Source: an uncultured delta proteobacterium
GTDB taxonomy: Bacteria > Desulfobacterota > Desulfuromonadia > Desulfuromonadales > BM103
DNA: 64,000 bases
Direction of reading: 5' to 3'
Assembly (NCBI GenBank): GCA_963715335.1
Contig: CAVQRZ010000029.1
Location: 1-64,000, forward strand
The notes below the pieces were generated by a model. That model made no database searches, was not told the DNA's origin, and saw nothing but the letters and a program-made list of their open reading frames with translations. A program made the position numbers and the translations under genes. Of the stretch, positions 51,054 to 62,333 are shown piece after piece. Every line of letters starts with the position of its first letter. The first letter of the stretch is position 1.

Positions 51054-53089
51054 TCATTCTGCCGTTGCTCCCATCAGTTTGGCAAGCATATCCGACAGGC
51101 TGGCATTTTCGTCGCCTTCGGCAAGATGGAATCCGACCCGCGCTTCGTCCTGGCGCACCGTGCCGGGATTTCGGCCAGGAACCGGCTCAGCTCACGCGGT
51201 TCGGCCTTGCCGTACTTCATGCGGGTATCGGTATGCAGAATCGTCAATTTCTCCCGGGCCCGGGTGATCCCGACGTAACAGAGCCGACGCTCCTCATCGA
51301 CATCGAACGTTTCCGAAACCGATTTTTTGTGCGGCAGGAAACCTTCCTCGAAGCCGGGCATGAACACATGGCGGAATTCGAGCCCCTTGCTCGAATGCAG
51401 GCTCATCAGCACCACCGCATCCTGGGCCAGCTTCTTCTCCTTGCTGTCTGAGCCCGGCTCGTCGCGATCGAGCAGGGCAACTTTTTCCAGGAAACCGGCA
51501 AGCGTCGGCGTGCCAGCGCGCATCTCGTAGGTGGCGAGCGCATTGATCACCTCGTGGAGGTTTTCGATGCGACGTTCGATCTTCTCGCGCGCATCGGGTT
51601 CGCGGCGCAGTTCATCTTCGAGGCCGATCGCTGCAAACAGCTCTCTGGCGGTTGCGGCCAGGCGGCTGCCGCCGTGGAAGCTGCGCTTGTGTTCCTCGAT
51701 CAGGGCGACGAACTTTTCCAGGGCCATGGCGGCTGCGGCGTTGACACCGTCGAGCGCGCCGGCACGACGAATGACTTTCCAGAGCGGCTCCCGGCTGGTG
51801 ATCGAGGTACGGATCAGCAGATCGGCAGTGGTGCGACCGATGCCACGGCGCGGGTAATTCAGAATGCGCAGCAGGTTGACCTCGTCAAAGGGGTTGACGA
51901 TGAAGCGCAGGTAGGCGATCGCGTCCTTGACCTCCTTGCGATCAAAGAACTGCTGGCCGCCGATCAGCACATAAGGGATCTCGGCAAACCGCAGCTCCTG
52001 TTCGAAAACCAGGGTCTGGGCGTTGGTGCGAACCAGGATCGCGTGATCCCTGTAGGCCATGCGCCGCTCGCGCCTGTTGTGGTGAATGCGTTCGATGACC
52101 GCCCGGGCCTCATCTTCGGCGTCGATGCACTTGACCACGCCGATCTTTTCGCCCACCCCGCCGGCAGTCCAGAGCGCCTTGTCCTTGCGCTGGTTGTTGT
52201 TCTTGATCACCGTGTTGGCGGCATTCAGGATGTGCCCCGTGGAACGGTAATTCTGCTCGAGCTTGATGACCTGAGCACCGGCAAAATGGCGTTCGAAGTC
52301 GAGGATGTTGCCCGGTTCAGCGCCGCGCCAGCCGTAAATCGACTGGTCGTCGTCGCCGACCACGCAGAAGTTGTTCCACTGCGCCGCCAGCCGCCGCATC
52401 AGGGTGAACTGGGCGGTGTTGGTGTCCTGGTACTCGTCGACCATGATGTAGCGGAAACGCTCCTGGTAACGTGTTTGGACCTCGGGGAAGTTGTCAAACA
52501 GACGCACCACGAGCATGATCAGGTCGTCGAAGTCGACGGCGTTGTAGCTCTTCAGGCTCTTCTGATACTCGGGATAGACCGCTTTCGCCATCTCGCCGAT
52601 CAGGTCGCCCTTCATGACGGGTCCGAATTGTTCCGGCGGCAGAAGGCGGTTCTTTGCGTCGGAGATTTTCCACAGAATCGTATCGACCTTCAGACCATGG
52701 TCCGGGGCGATATCGTTCATCAGGTCCTTGATCAGGCGTTGCTGGTCGGAGGTGCCATAAATGCTGAAGTTGCGTTTGTAGCCAAGGTATTCGATATCGG
52801 CGCGCAGAATCCGGCAGCAAAGGGAATGGAAGGTCGAAACCTGAATCCGCTCGGCCTTGTTGCGACCGACCAGGCTGGCGACCCGTTCCTGCATCTCGCG
52901 GGCGGCCTTGTTGGTAAAGGTCACGGCCAAAACCTGCTCCGGATCGATGTTTTTTTTGCCGACCAGGTGCGCGACCCTGTGGGTGACGACCTTGGTTTTG
53001 CCCGAACCGGCGCCTGCCAACAGCAGTAACGGCCCTTCGGTATGCAGAACGGCTTCAAGCTGTTGGGGATTCAACTCCGACAGGCTCAT
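51054..53089 (-). CDS. UvrD/Rep/PcrA superfamily 1 helicase; probable frameshift near 51165
   Basis: AGAGSGKT, TFTNKAA, VDEYQD, VGDDDQSIYGWRGA, LEQNYRS, HSSKGLEF, EERRLCYVGITRA; an alternative frame gives a more natural tail ..SLSDMLAKLMGATAE-stop at 51054. Confidence 0.93.
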
Positions 53090-53344
53090 GCAAAGGCCTC
53101 GATCAATGGCAGATTGACAGAAAAATCCCCACCGCAAGATGCGGCAGGATCACTATATATCATCGAGTTGTCTCCCTGGAATTCAGCGACAGGTCAGGCT
53201 GGAAATACCTGGCAGGATAGTATGAGAAATGCGGGGGAAAGGCAAGACAATCCGGGACTGGAGGCTAGGTTCTCGGGGCTGGAAATAAAGACCGCAACCC
53301 GTTGGTCCCTTAAGGAATCGAGCTTTGCCAGCGACCAGCCCCTG

Positions 53345-53401
53345 CGTCTGGCGGGACGCGCCCCGCCGGTTCTTGTTCTGGTTTTTATGCTTGTTTTTAG
53401 A
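53345..53401. repeat. Partial terminal copy of the foldback element
   Basis: CGTCTGGCGGGACGCGCCCCGCCGGTTCT..GTTTTTAGA matches 38068-38112. Confidence 0.7.
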
Positions 53402-53410
53402 GCACCGTGT

Positions 53411-54814
53411 TCACAACCGATTATAGCCGTTCAACGCCGCGACCCGGTAGGCCTCGGCCATGGTGGGATAGTTGAAGGTCGTGTTGATGAAATACTTGAT
53501 GTTGTTGTGCGGCGCGGGCTGGGCCATGATCGCCTGGCCGATATGCAGGATTTCCGTGGCATTGTGGCCGAAGCAGTGAATGCCGAGAATTTCCAGCGTC
53601 TCGCGGTGGAAGAGCAGTTTGAGCATGCCGGCCCGGTGCGCGGTGATCTGGCCGCGGGCCAGGTTGCGGAAGAAGGAGCGGCCGACTTCGTATGGGATGC
53701 GTTGTTCGGTCAGTTCGCGCTCGGTGCCGCCGAGACAGCTGATCTCCGGCAGGGTGTAGATCCCGGTCGGGATATCCCGCACCAGGCGCTCGTCACAGGA
53801 GCCTTCGGCAATATGGGTCCCGGCAAACCGCCCCTGGTCGTAAGCAGCGCTGGCCAGGTTGGGGAAGCCGACGATGTCGCCGACCGCGTAGATGTGCGGC
53901 TGCGCTGTCTGGTAGGTCTCGTTGACGGCGAGATTGCCGCGATGGTCCGGTACAATCCCGAGGGACTCAAGACCCATATTTTGGGAATTCCCGGTACGGC
54001 CGTTGGCCCACAGCAGCATGTCCGACTTGATCACCTTGCCGGTCTTCAGGTGCAGGACAACGCCGTCGTCATTGACCTCGACCCGTTCGTATTCCTCGTT
54101 CTGACGGATCAAGACGCCCTGCTCATCACGCATATAGTAGCTCAGGGCACTGCTGATCTCGTCGTCAAGATATTCGAGCAGGCGTTCGCGGGTGTTGACC
54201 AGGTTGACCTTGATGCCGATGTTCTTGAAAGCCGAGGCATACTCGCAGCCAATCACCCCGGCACCGTACACCGTCAGGGTCCCGGGCAGGTCATCCATCT
54301 TCAGGATGGTATCGCTGTCCACCACGCGGGGGTTGTCGAAAGGCACATCATCGGGATGGTAGGGATGGGAACCGCTGGCTATGACGAAATGCTCTGCCGT
54401 CATCTGCCGCAGGGTGCCGGTTTCATCCTGCACTTCGATACTGTGCGGATCAGTAAAACGGGCATGACCGGCAACGATCACGATATGGTTGCGTTCGTAG
54501 AAGTCCTCGCGGTCACGGACCTGCTGCGCGACCACATTGTTGATCGCATCCATCAGATCATCGCGGGTCACCCGGCCGGGGTGACGGTCGCGGTTGAAAA
54601 GGCGATGCTTCTTATCCTCCGCGTACTGCTGCACCACGTGAATCAGCGCCTTGCTCGGGATGGTGCCGAGATGGGTGCAGCCCCCGCCGACGAGAAAGCG
54701 GTTCTCGATGATAGCCACCGACTTGCCCGATTTGGCAAGCATGATCGCCGCCCCCTCACCGCCCGGGCCGCTGCCGATCACTATCACATCAAAATGTTTT
54801 TTCAGACTGTCCAT
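53411..54814 (-). CDS. sthA: Soluble pyridine nucleotide transhydrogenase
   Basis: [54 protein letters not shown]. Confidence 0.95.
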   Translation of the reverse strand: MDSLKKHFDVIVIGSGPGGEGAAIMLAKSGKSVAIIENRFLVGGGCTHLGTIPSKALIHVVQQYAEDKKHRLFNRDRHPGRVTRDDLMDAINNVVAQQVRDREDFYERNHIVIVAGHARFTDPHSIEVQDETGTLRQMTAEHFVIASGSHPYHPDDVPFDNPRVVDSDTILKMDDLPGTLTVYGAGVIGCEYASAFKNIGIKVNLVNTRERLLEYLDDEISSALSYYMRDEQGVLIRQNEEYERVEVNDDGVVLHLKTGKVIKSDMLLWANGRTGNSQNMGLESLGIVPDHRGNLAVNETYQTAQPHIYAVGDIVGFPNLASAAYDQGRFAGTHIAEGSCDERLVRDIPTGIYTLPEISCLGGTERELTEQRIPYEVGRSFFRNLARGQITAHRAGMLKLLFHRETLEILGIHCFGHNATEILHIGQAIMAQPAPHNNIKYFINTTFNYPTMAEAYRVAALNGYNRL

Positions 54815-55015
54815 AACTTCTCAACTTTTCATGAAACGCACTGCCCCTAGGATAAATGAAACTGGAAACTTTGCAACCGGTTCGTCGCCCGCAACGGCAA
54901 GCAGCCGGCTCGACAGCCTGAACACTTCAAGCTTTTCACGGACCGCAACCCGCAGCCCGATTTTTCTGGTAAACTGTTGAAGTCACTCACTAACCCACAT
55001 CGACGGGGATCAGAA

Positions 55016-55777
55016 ATGACCGCTGGCGAACTCAGCAGACACCGGGCCTTTCTCAAGGACACGTTGCGCCTGCAGATCGATTTTTCACAAACCGACCAGA
55101 ACCGGGGCGTGGCGCCGCCGCCGCTGCAGAAGCCGCCCCGCGAGGACCAGCAGCCGATTCCCCTGCCCGGACGGGACGCCTTCGAAGCATTCCGCGGCAC
55201 CGACCTGGTTGACGCGATCGGCCGCCGCCGCAGCCACCGCCGTTTCCTCGATCAGCCCTTGTCGCTCACAGAACTGGCCTGGCTGCTCTGGTCCACCCAG
55301 GGGATCACCGAAATTCTCGCCCCCGGCTGCGCCCTGCGCACGGTGCCCTCAGCCGGCTGCCGCCACGCCTTTGAAACCTACCTGCTGGCCAGTGCTGTTG
55401 AAACCCTCGCCGTCGGTATCTACCGCTATCTGCCGGTGGACCATGCCTTGGTCCTTGAACACCCGGCGGACAATCTGCCCGCCGCGCTGGCCCGGGCGAC
55501 ACTTGGCCAGGCCTTCACTGCCGCCGCGCCGGTCACCCTGGCCTGGACGGTGATTCCCTACCGCATGGAGTGGCGCTACGACATCGCTGCACACCGGGTC
55601 ATTGCCATCGATGTTGGCCATCTCTGCGAGAATCTCTACCTGGCGTGTGCCGCAATCGGTGCCGGCACCTGCGCCATCGCCGCCTATCACCAAGAGCAGA
55701 TGGATACACTGCTCAAGGTCGATGGTGAAGATGAATTCACCCTCTACCTGGCACCCGTGGGGAAAATCCGCGACTGA
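55016..55777 (+). CDS. SagB/ThcOx-like nitroreductase family protein
   Basis: RRRSHRRF, RTVPSAG, GHLCENLYLAC. Confidence 0.88.
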   Translation: MTAGELSRHRAFLKDTLRLQIDFSQTDQNRGVAPPPLQKPPREDQQPIPLPGRDAFEAFRGTDLVDAIGRRRSHRRFLDQPLSLTELAWLLWSTQGITEILAPGCALRTVPSAGCRHAFETYLLASAVETLAVGIYRYLPVDHALVLEHPADNLPAALARATLGQAFTAAAPVTLAWTVIPYRMEWRYDIAAHRVIAIDVGHLCENLYLACAAIGAGTCAIAAYHQEQMDTLLKVDGEDEFTLYLAPVGKIRD

Positions 55778-55789
55778 ACGAGGCCTTTG

Positions 55790-56419
55790 ATGACTGTCAA
55801 AATCGGTCTGATCAGTGATATTCATGCCGCCGTCGGCCCCCTTCAGGAAGCGCTGCGGATCTTCAGCGAAGAGCGGGTCGAGGCGGTTCTCTGCGCCGGC
55901 GACATCGCCGGCTACGGTACGGAACTGGAGCAGACCGTGGCCTTGTTGATCAAGAGCGGCTGTCGGGCCATCGTCGGCAATCATGACCTGTGGTACCTCG
56001 GTTATGCGGAGGAGGAAAACCGCTTCAGCGGGCCGATCGAAGGATACCTGCGCAGTCTTTACCGGGTCGCAGAACTGACCTTCGCCGGAAAAACCCTCTA
56101 CATGGTCCATGCCAGTCCACCGGATTCCCTGTTGAACGGGATCAGGCTTCTCGATGAGGCAGGCATTCTGGTCAGGGAGCAGGTCGCCGAATGGAGCGAC
56201 AGCCTGGCGGGAGGAGCTTATGATATCCTGGTGGTCGGTCACACCCACCAGGTCTTTGCCGAACAGTTGGGCGATGTCCTGGTCATCAACCCCGGCAGTA
56301 CCCTTTTCAACCACACCTGTGCGATCCTCACCCTGCCCGAGATGGAGGTGCAGTTCATCCCGCTGTCCGGTCAACCGCCGCTGCTGTCATGGAATTGGGG
56401 GATGCTGCATGGCCCGTGA
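55790..56419 (+). CDS. Metallophosphoesterase (YfcE/MJ0936-like)
   Basis: SDIH, GD, GNHD, GHTH, NPGS. Confidence 0.9.
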   Translation: MTVKIGLISDIHAAVGPLQEALRIFSEERVEAVLCAGDIAGYGTELEQTVALLIKSGCRAIVGNHDLWYLGYAEEENRFSGPIEGYLRSLYRVAELTFAGKTLYMVHASPPDSLLNGIRLLDEAGILVREQVAEWSDSLAGGAYDILVVGHTHQVFAEQLGDVLVINPGSTLFNHTCAILTLPEMEVQFIPLSGQPPLLSWNWGMLHGP

Positions 56420-56431
56420 CAGCTTCCGGGG

Positions 56432-56809
56432 TCAACCCGGATGTTGCCAGGCCGAGAAACCGAGCAGCAACCAGCCAACCAGGAAGGCAATGCCGCCAAA
56501 AGGAGTGATCATGCCGAACGGCTTGACACCGGTGAGGACCAGGACGTAGAGCGACCCGGAGAACAGGACGATTCCCAGCAGGATCGCCCAGCCGGCGTTG
56601 CGGACCATGGCCGCCTCCGGCATCAGCTGACAGAGGACCCCGACCAGCAGGAGGCCGAGGGCGTGGACCAGGTGGTACAGGACCCCGGTCTGCCAGACAG
56701 CCAGCATCTCCGGCGTCACCCTTGTCTTCAGCCCATGGGCGCCGAACGCGCCCAGCGCAACCCCGGAAAAAGCACTCAGGCTACCCAGAACAACAAAGAT
56801 TTTCATCAT
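56432..56809 (-). CDS. DUF423 (YgdD/TMEM256) membrane protein
   Basis: GAFGAHGL, LFSGSLY, ITPFGG. Confidence 0.92.
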   Translation of the reverse strand: MMKIFVVLGSLSAFSGVALGAFGAHGLKTRVTPEMLAVWQTGVLYHLVHALGLLLVGVLCQLMPEAAMVRNAGWAILLGIVLFSGSLYVLVLTGVKPFGMITPFGGIAFLVGWLLLGFSAWQHPG

Positions 56810-56943
56810 CGCCTCTTAATTTTGCCACAGATCAAACCTGAAAAATCGGATCGCAAGACAAAACCATTCTAACGTAAAGCCCGATCGGCGCAAGGAATAC
56901 CTGCTCGCCCGCCTGCGCTTTTCGCGAACGCGTTCCCTGCCCG

Positions 56944-57564
56944 TCAGGAACACCGGCACAGATAGTCGGGGACCTGTCTTTTCGACACCTTCATCAAACC
57001 ACACATCAGGGCAAAGGAAACCTCCTCAAGCCCATAGCTTTCGCGCAGGTCCTCGGTCATCTTCATCCAGAGCAGGGCCGTCATCTCCGCATCCGCCAGG
57101 GCGCGGTGGAAGGTGCCATCCGTACGCAGGCCCTTGTAGCGCACCAGGGTTTCCAGCTTGTGGTTGGGGGCGTCCGGATAGATGCGTCGCGCGGTCAGCA
57201 TCGAGCAGCCGAACTCCTGGCTGCGCCGGGCGCCGATCCGCCGGAATTCGGCATCGAGGAAGCGGCGGTCGAAGGAGGCGTTATGCGCGACCAGCGGCCG
57301 GTCGCCGATGAAACGGGCAAAATCACGCATCACCCGATCAGCCTTTGGCGCCGACTCGACCATCTGGTTGCTGATGCCGGTGTAGGATTCGATGAAGCTG
57401 TTGATCCGGACGCCGGGATTCATCAGGCTCTGGAAGCGGTCGACCATCTCACCTTGGCGCAACATCACGGCACCGATCTCGATGGCCCGGTCACCGTGGT
57501 CGGGTGAGATGCCGCTGGTCTCAAAGTCGAGAACGACGATCGTTTCGCAGGACGTTGTAACCAT
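56944..57564 (-). CDS. DEDDh 3'-5' exonuclease (DnaQ-like)
   Basis: LDFETSG, VAHNASFD, HRALADA. Confidence 0.92.
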   Translation of the reverse strand: MVTTSCETIVVLDFETSGISPDHGDRAIEIGAVMLRQGEMVDRFQSLMNPGVRINSFIESYTGISNQMVESAPKADRVMRDFARFIGDRPLVAHNASFDRRFLDAEFRRIGARRSQEFGCSMLTARRIYPDAPNHKLETLVRYKGLRTDGTFHRALADAEMTALLWMKMTEDLRESYGLEEVSFALMCGLMKVSKRQVPDYLCRCS

Positions 57565-57580
57565 AAGAGCCCGTTATACC

Positions 57581-58027
57581 TCAAATCCTGGCCAGGAACC
57601 TGTCGAGTTGATTGGCGAAGGACTGCCGATCGGCCGCGCTCAGGGCTGACGGGCCACCGGTATCGATGCCACAGCCGCGCAGCTCATCGAGCATGTTGCG
57701 CACGGCGAGGCGTTCCTGGATATTGTCCCGGGTGTAGAGTTCGCCACGCGGATTAAGAGCGTGCGCTGCCTTTGCGATAGCTGCTGCGGCCAGGGGGATG
57801 TCGGCGGTGACCACCAGGTCACCGGGGCCGAGCAGTTCGACGATCCTGTCATCGGCGACGTCGAAGCCGGCGGCAACGACCATGGTGTCGATGTAGGGCG
57901 ACGGCGGCGTGCGCAGCGGCTGATTGGCCACCAGTGTCAGCTGCACCTGCTTGCGTTCTGCGGCCCTAAACAGGATCTCCTTGATCACCCGGGGGCAGGC
58001 GTCGGCATCAACCCAGATTCGCATCAC
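57581..58027 (-). CDS. YaiI/YqxD (UPF0178) family protein
   Basis: [26 protein letters not shown]. Confidence 0.93.
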   Translation of the reverse strand: MMRIWVDADACPRVIKEILFRAAERKQVQLTLVANQPLRTPPSPYIDTMVVAAGFDVADDRIVELLGPGDLVVTADIPLAAAAIAKAAHALNPRGELYTRDNIQERLAVRNMLDELRGCGIDTGGPSALSAADRQSFANQLDRFLARI

Positions 58028-58725
58028 TCCCCCTTGCGGCTTTTGTCAGCCGCCTGCTTCGCTACGAACACCACGTGCCGATAGCCACCACGGCCCGGGC
58101 GCTCACTGCGGGTGATGAACCCTGCAGCACGCAGGCGTTGATCGAAACCCTCGTCGTAAGTCTCTCCCCACACGGTAAAGACGCCGTCCGGGGTGAGACA
58201 GGTGCGGACGTTGCTGATCGCCTTGCTGCCGTAGAGCGGGTCGTTGATCTTGTCGGTCCGGTAATGCGGCCCCTTGTAGAGATCGAAAACCACGACATCG
58301 AAACGCCCCTGCGCGTCGCCCCGCGCGCAATTGCGCACCAGCTCGGCGACGTCGCAGATTTCGACCGTGACCCGTGGATCATCGACGGCGGAGCCGGTCA
58401 ACAAGGCGAGAGGACCCCGACACCATTCGACAACGGTCGGGTTGAGCTCGGCAACCACCACCTGTGCGGTTGCCGGCAGGCAGTCGAGGACCGCCCTGAG
58501 CGTGCAGCCCATGCCGAGGCCGCCGACCAGGACCCGCGGCGCCGGGTGACTGCCGAGGTGCTTGCAGCCGAGCTGGCCGAGGACGACCTCGGAGCGGTTG
58601 GAGAGACTGTTCATCAGCACCAGGCCGCCGACGGTAATCAGGAAGTCCCGTTCGCCGCGCTGACGCAGTTCGAGCTCGCCTTCCTCGGTATCGATTCGGT
58701 CGAGTGTTATCCAGGGCCTGGCCAT
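58024..58725 (-). CDS. Spermidine synthase-like SAM-dependent transferase
   Basis: [21 protein letters not shown]. Confidence 0.85.
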   Translation of the reverse strand: MARPWITLDRIDTEEGELELRQRGERDFLITVGGLVLMNSLSNRSEVVLGQLGCKHLGSHPAPRVLVGGLGMGCTLRAVLDCLPATAQVVVAELNPTVVEWCRGPLALLTGSAVDDPRVTVEICDVAELVRNCARGDAQGRFDVVVFDLYKGPHYRTDKINDPLYGSKAISNVRTCLTPDGVFTVWGETYDEGFDQRLRAAGFITRSERPGRGGYRHVVFVAKQAADKSRKGE

Positions 58726-58912
58726 TGCTGCTCCGAAAAAGTGCGCTAAAATTAGAGAGTGTCCGGCGCTGCAGCCGGCGGCTTTCGCGCAGCGCAGCTA
58801 TAGCATTGACCACCGGCACAGGGAAAGTCAAAAAATATTGCGGACCCCGCAACGGATTCCCGCGTCTGCTGTCCTGCGAGGATTGAGTCGAAGAGGCGGA
58901 GGCAGGTCATCC

Positions 58913-59572
58913 ATGTCCAAGTATCATCTGATCACCTACAGCGAAGCGGAAGAGCTGGCCAACCGCCTGACTCACGGCACGGCTGCGCTTCTGAGCATCA
59001 TCGGCCTCGTTGTCCTGGTGGTCGCGGCCTCCCGCACCGGCGACCCTTACCGGATCGTCAGCGCGGCGGTATTCTGCAGCGTCCTGAGCATCTTCTATAT
59101 CATTTCGACGCTCTACCACACCCTGCGCAACCCGAGGGTCCGCTACGTCTTCCGGGTCCTCGACCATGCCGGCATCTTCCTGGTGATCGCCGCGTCCTAT
59201 ACGCCATTTACCCTGGTCTCGATGCGCGAAGGCAATGGCTGGGCCCTGTTCGGCGTGGTCTGGGGGCTGGCGATTGCCGGGACCGTTTTCAAATCGCTGA
59301 TGACCCACCGCCTGGCGTTTCTCGCCCCGGTCCTGTATATCGCGCTCGGCTGGCTGATCGTCGTCGACCTCGAAGGGCTGCTGACCATGGTGCCGATCAA
59401 GGGCGTGCTCTGGCTGTTCGCCGGGGGCCTCTGCTACACGGTCGGCATCGTCTTCTACGCCATCGACCGGATTCCCTACAACCACGCCATCTGGCACCTG
59501 TTCGTGATCGCCGGCAGTCTCTGTCATTACCTGTCGATCCTCTGGTACGTTGTGCCGCTCAAGCTCGTATAG
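58913..59572 (+). CDS. Hemolysin III / PAQR family membrane protein (TrhA/YqfA-like)
   Basis: EELANRLTHG, STLYH, DHAGIF, SYTPF, HAIWHLFV. Confidence 0.93.
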   Translation: MSKYHLITYSEAEELANRLTHGTAALLSIIGLVVLVVAASRTGDPYRIVSAAVFCSVLSIFYIISTLYHTLRNPRVRYVFRVLDHAGIFLVIAASYTPFTLVSMREGNGWALFGVVWGLAIAGTVFKSLMTHRLAFLAPVLYIALGWLIVVDLEGLLTMVPIKGVLWLFAGGLCYTVGIVFYAIDRIPYNHAIWHLFVIAGSLCHYLSILWYVVPLKLV

Positions 59573-59730
59573 CACATTACGGTTGCTGCTTGCTTTGGCT
59601 ACGGATCGAATCTGAAAAAGTGGGTTGAAAGGCTTTCTAAGCGATCGGATTTGCATCCCTCGAATTTTATGGTATTTTGACATTTCTTATTGAATGCTTA
59701 TTTTTATGAATTGAACATGGGGAGGGGACA

Positions 59731-60417
59731 ATGTCCTGTATCAAGGACTGGCCCGTGGCCGACCGGCCGCGGGAGAAACTTCTTTCAACAGGTCCCTCGA
59801 CACTCAGCGACACCGAGCTTCTTGCCTTGATCCTGCGAACGGGTCATTCGGGTAGCGGCAGCAGTGCGCTTGACCTGTCTCGCCAGCTGCTGACGCGCTT
59901 CGGTTCCTTGCGCGCCATGGCGTCTGCGGCGGCTGCTGAACTCTGTGAAGTGCCCGGGATCGGCCCGGCCAAGGCCGCGGAGATTCTGGCGCTCGGCGAG
60001 TTGGCCCGCCGTTTCGCCACCAGCCCCCTCTCGCCCGGCACCCGCTTCACCAGCTCCGGTGAGGTTTTCGCCCATTTCCACGAACGTTTGCGCGACCGCA
60101 AGAAGGAAGTGTTCCTCACCCTGCTGCTCGACAGCAAGAACCGGGTCCTGCGGGAGATCCAGGTCTCCGAGGGAAGCCTTAATGCCAGCATCGTACATCC
60201 CCGGGAAGTTTTCCAGCCGGTAATCCGCGAGTCTGCCGCCGCAGTTCTTTTCATCCACAACCACCCCTCGGGCGACCCTGCACCGAGCTGCGAGGATCTT
60301 GAGCTGACAACCCGTCTGCGCGATGCCGGGGCCTTAATGGGGGTGCGCGTACTGGACCACATCATCATCGGCAACGGTCGCTACGTGAGCCTGGCGGACC
60401 GGGGCCTGCTCGAATGA
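59731..60417 (+). CDS. radC: RadC family (JAB domain) protein
   Basis: RPREKL, ELLALILRTG, VHPREVF, HNHPSGD, LDHIIIG. Confidence 0.96.
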   Translation: MSCIKDWPVADRPREKLLSTGPSTLSDTELLALILRTGHSGSGSSALDLSRQLLTRFGSLRAMASAAAAELCEVPGIGPAKAAEILALGELARRFATSPLSPGTRFTSSGEVFAHFHERLRDRKKEVFLTLLLDSKNRVLREIQVSEGSLNASIVHPREVFQPVIRESAAAVLFIHNHPSGDPAPSCEDLELTTRLRDAGALMGVRVLDHIIIGNGRYVSLADRGLLE

Positions 60418-60471
60418 ACCGAGGGTTATTTGATATGCAATGGAGATCTTTTGCTCAAGGAGGGACAAAGT

Positions 60472-60843
60472 ATGATTATGGTCAGGAGGGCTTCGGGTTT
60501 CACACTGGTTGAAGTCATGGTTGCACTGGTCGTTTTCCTGGTTGCCAGCATGGGGCTGCTGCCCCTGCTGTTAACCCACATGCAGGCAAACCTGGAGCTC
60601 AAACAGCATGCAACGGCGCGCAGACTGGCCAACGAAGTGATGGCTGAGCTGCAAGTCGTCGCTTATGGGCGCCTCGGGACGCTGGCCGAAGTACCGCTCC
60701 GGGAGGATGGCATCGAGATCCGGCAGAGGGTTGATGCGACCGGGCTGCCGAACGGCCAGAGCAGAATCACCGTGACCGCACACTGGCAGCTACGGGACCG
60801 TCCGCAGCGCTACCAGCTGCAGACGATCCGGTCGGCACCATGA
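60472..60843 (+). CDS. Type IV minor pilin, PilV-like (set 2)
   Basis: G|FTLVEVMVAL. Confidence 0.82.
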   Translation: MIMVRRASGFTLVEVMVALVVFLVASMGLLPLLLTHMQANLELKQHATARRLANEVMAELQVVAYGRLGTLAEVPLREDGIEIRQRVDATGLPNGQSRITVTAHWQLRDRPQRYQLQTIRSAP

Positions 60844-61775
60844 ACAGCTCAATCGGCTATGCCGGGATGACCCTGGTTGAACTTATGGTCGCCATGACGG
60901 TCGCCGCAATTCTCGGGATTATGAGCCTGCACCTGGTTCTGGGCTTTCAGTCGCGCATTCTCGCCGAAATCAGCCGCAACGACCTGCAGGACCGCGCAGA
61001 ACGCCTGATCCGGTTCATGGCCAGCGACATCCGTGAGACAGCTTTCCTGCTCGGACCGGTACCGCTGACAGCCGACGGTGCGCCCCTGACTCTGACCCAT
61101 GACAGCCTGGCCGGCGACCCGGTCGAAACCCTCCCCATTTCGTTGCTTGCCGAAGACGTCGCCGATGGCGACGACCGCCTGACGATCGTCAAGGCTGAGC
61201 CCTTTAACCCGCCGCTGCGACTCGCCCAGGCGGCGCAAGTCGGCGAGACCTCGGTGGTTCTGAATCGTCGTCCGAATTCCAGTCCCGGTTCGACGCGTGA
61301 GCTGCAACCGGCGCCCGAGGCGATCAATCACCTGGTCTTCGCCGGTCATCGCATCTGTTACCCGCTACAGAGGGCGGACCTTGTTGTGGACCTTGAGCAG
61401 CCTCTCCGGGAAACGGTGTCTGCCGAAACGGAAGTTTTCGGCCTGCGCGCCTATACCTACACGGCAGAGCCGTTTGCCGGGAGCAGGCGCCTGCGCCGGG
61501 ACGATTTCACCAGCCGCGACATCCTCGATGAGGCCGTGGACGGCCTGCAGTTCGAGTACCTGCTCGATGACGGAGCCATAGTCGACCGACCGCTCAACAC
61601 AAGGACGGTCAACGGGGTCCGGATCAGCCTGCTGGTACGCAGCTTACGCCAGGACCGGGACTACAGCGATAGCGGCGTTTATACTCTGGCCAACCGGGTT
61701 TACGGGCCGTTTCGTGATCATTTCCGCAGGCACCTGGTCACGCAACTGGTCGAGGTGAAAAACCATGGCCTGTAA
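60840..61775 (+). CDS. PilW-like minor pilin (set 2)
   Basis: G|MTLVELMVA; DIRET; GLQFEY; VRISLLVRS; VEVKN. Confidence 0.85.
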   Translation: MNSSIGYAGMTLVELMVAMTVAAILGIMSLHLVLGFQSRILAEISRNDLQDRAERLIRFMASDIRETAFLLGPVPLTADGAPLTLTHDSLAGDPVETLPISLLAEDVADGDDRLTIVKAEPFNPPLRLAQAAQVGETSVVLNRRPNSSPGSTRELQPAPEAINHLVFAGHRICYPLQRADLVVDLEQPLRETVSAETEVFGLRAYTYTAEPFAGSRRLRRDDFTSRDILDEAVDGLQFEYLLDDGAIVDRPLNTRTVNGVRISLLVRSLRQDRDYSDSGVYTLANRVYGPFRDHFRRHLVTQLVEVKNHGL

Positions 61776-62298
61776 GCAGCGCGGCATGACACTGGTCAGT
61801 GTCGTACTGGTGCTGGCGGTCCTGCTGACTCTGGCCCATATCCTGGCGGAAAAAACCTGGCAATCGACTCGCCAGACCGGCGCGGCCGACAGGCGGGAAC
61901 AGGCCTTCTGGGTAGCGCAGGCAGGGATTGAGGCCGCCCGGCAGAGATTGGCCGCCAGCTATGCCGCCAGCCGCGGCTGGCGAAATTATCTGTCTGCCGA
62001 CACAGCAGGGTTTTATCCGCAGACGCCGACCTGGACCGATACGGTCAACGCCATCCCCGTCGAGATTTTCCTGCGCGACAATCATGACGGGGATGGCGAC
62101 CTGCGCATCGACAACGACCTGAAAATTTTTGTCCTGGCACGGGCCAGGGGGCCGGGAGGCATCGAGGCAATGGTTGAATGCCTGTGCGGCTTTGACCAGC
62201 CGGCGGCGACGGGGTCAACCGCAACCGGTCGAGGCATAGGGGAGATTCTGGTCGATCTCACTGCGCAACCGGTCAGCACCTATGAGATGGCCGATTAG
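61765..62298 (+). CDS. PilX-like minor pilin (set 2)
   Basis: G|MTLVSV with no Glu5; QAFWVAQAGIE. Confidence 0.8.
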   Translation: MACKQRGMTLVSVVLVLAVLLTLAHILAEKTWQSTRQTGAADRREQAFWVAQAGIEAARQRLAASYAASRGWRNYLSADTAGFYPQTPTWTDTVNAIPVEIFLRDNHDGDGDLRIDNDLKIFVLARARGPGGIEAMVECLCGFDQPAATGSTATGRGIGEILVDLTAQPVSTYEMAD

Positions 62299-62333
62299 TC
62301 CTGTTATCTGACTGACATAAATGGAGGGACAGC

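Noticed and set aside
53042..54850. 602-aa plus-strand ORF and other long antisense ORFs (e.g. 51554-53029, 12804-14069, 4989-6224)
   Set aside because: Antisense shadows of well-supported GC-rich genes, with no protein motifs.
55016..55777. SagB-like gene as evidence of an azole RiPP cluster
   Set aside because: No YcaO, precursor peptide or dedicated exporter nearby; stand-alone nitroreductase-fold genes are common in anaerobes.
59731..60417. radC as a mobile-element or anti-restriction marker
   Set aside because: It is the full-length chromosomal form with the N-terminal HhH region and has no mobile genes around it.
60420..60456. Sigma54 promoter before the second pilin set
   Set aside because: Candidate GG/GC pairs are spaced by 9 or 11 nt rather than the required 10.
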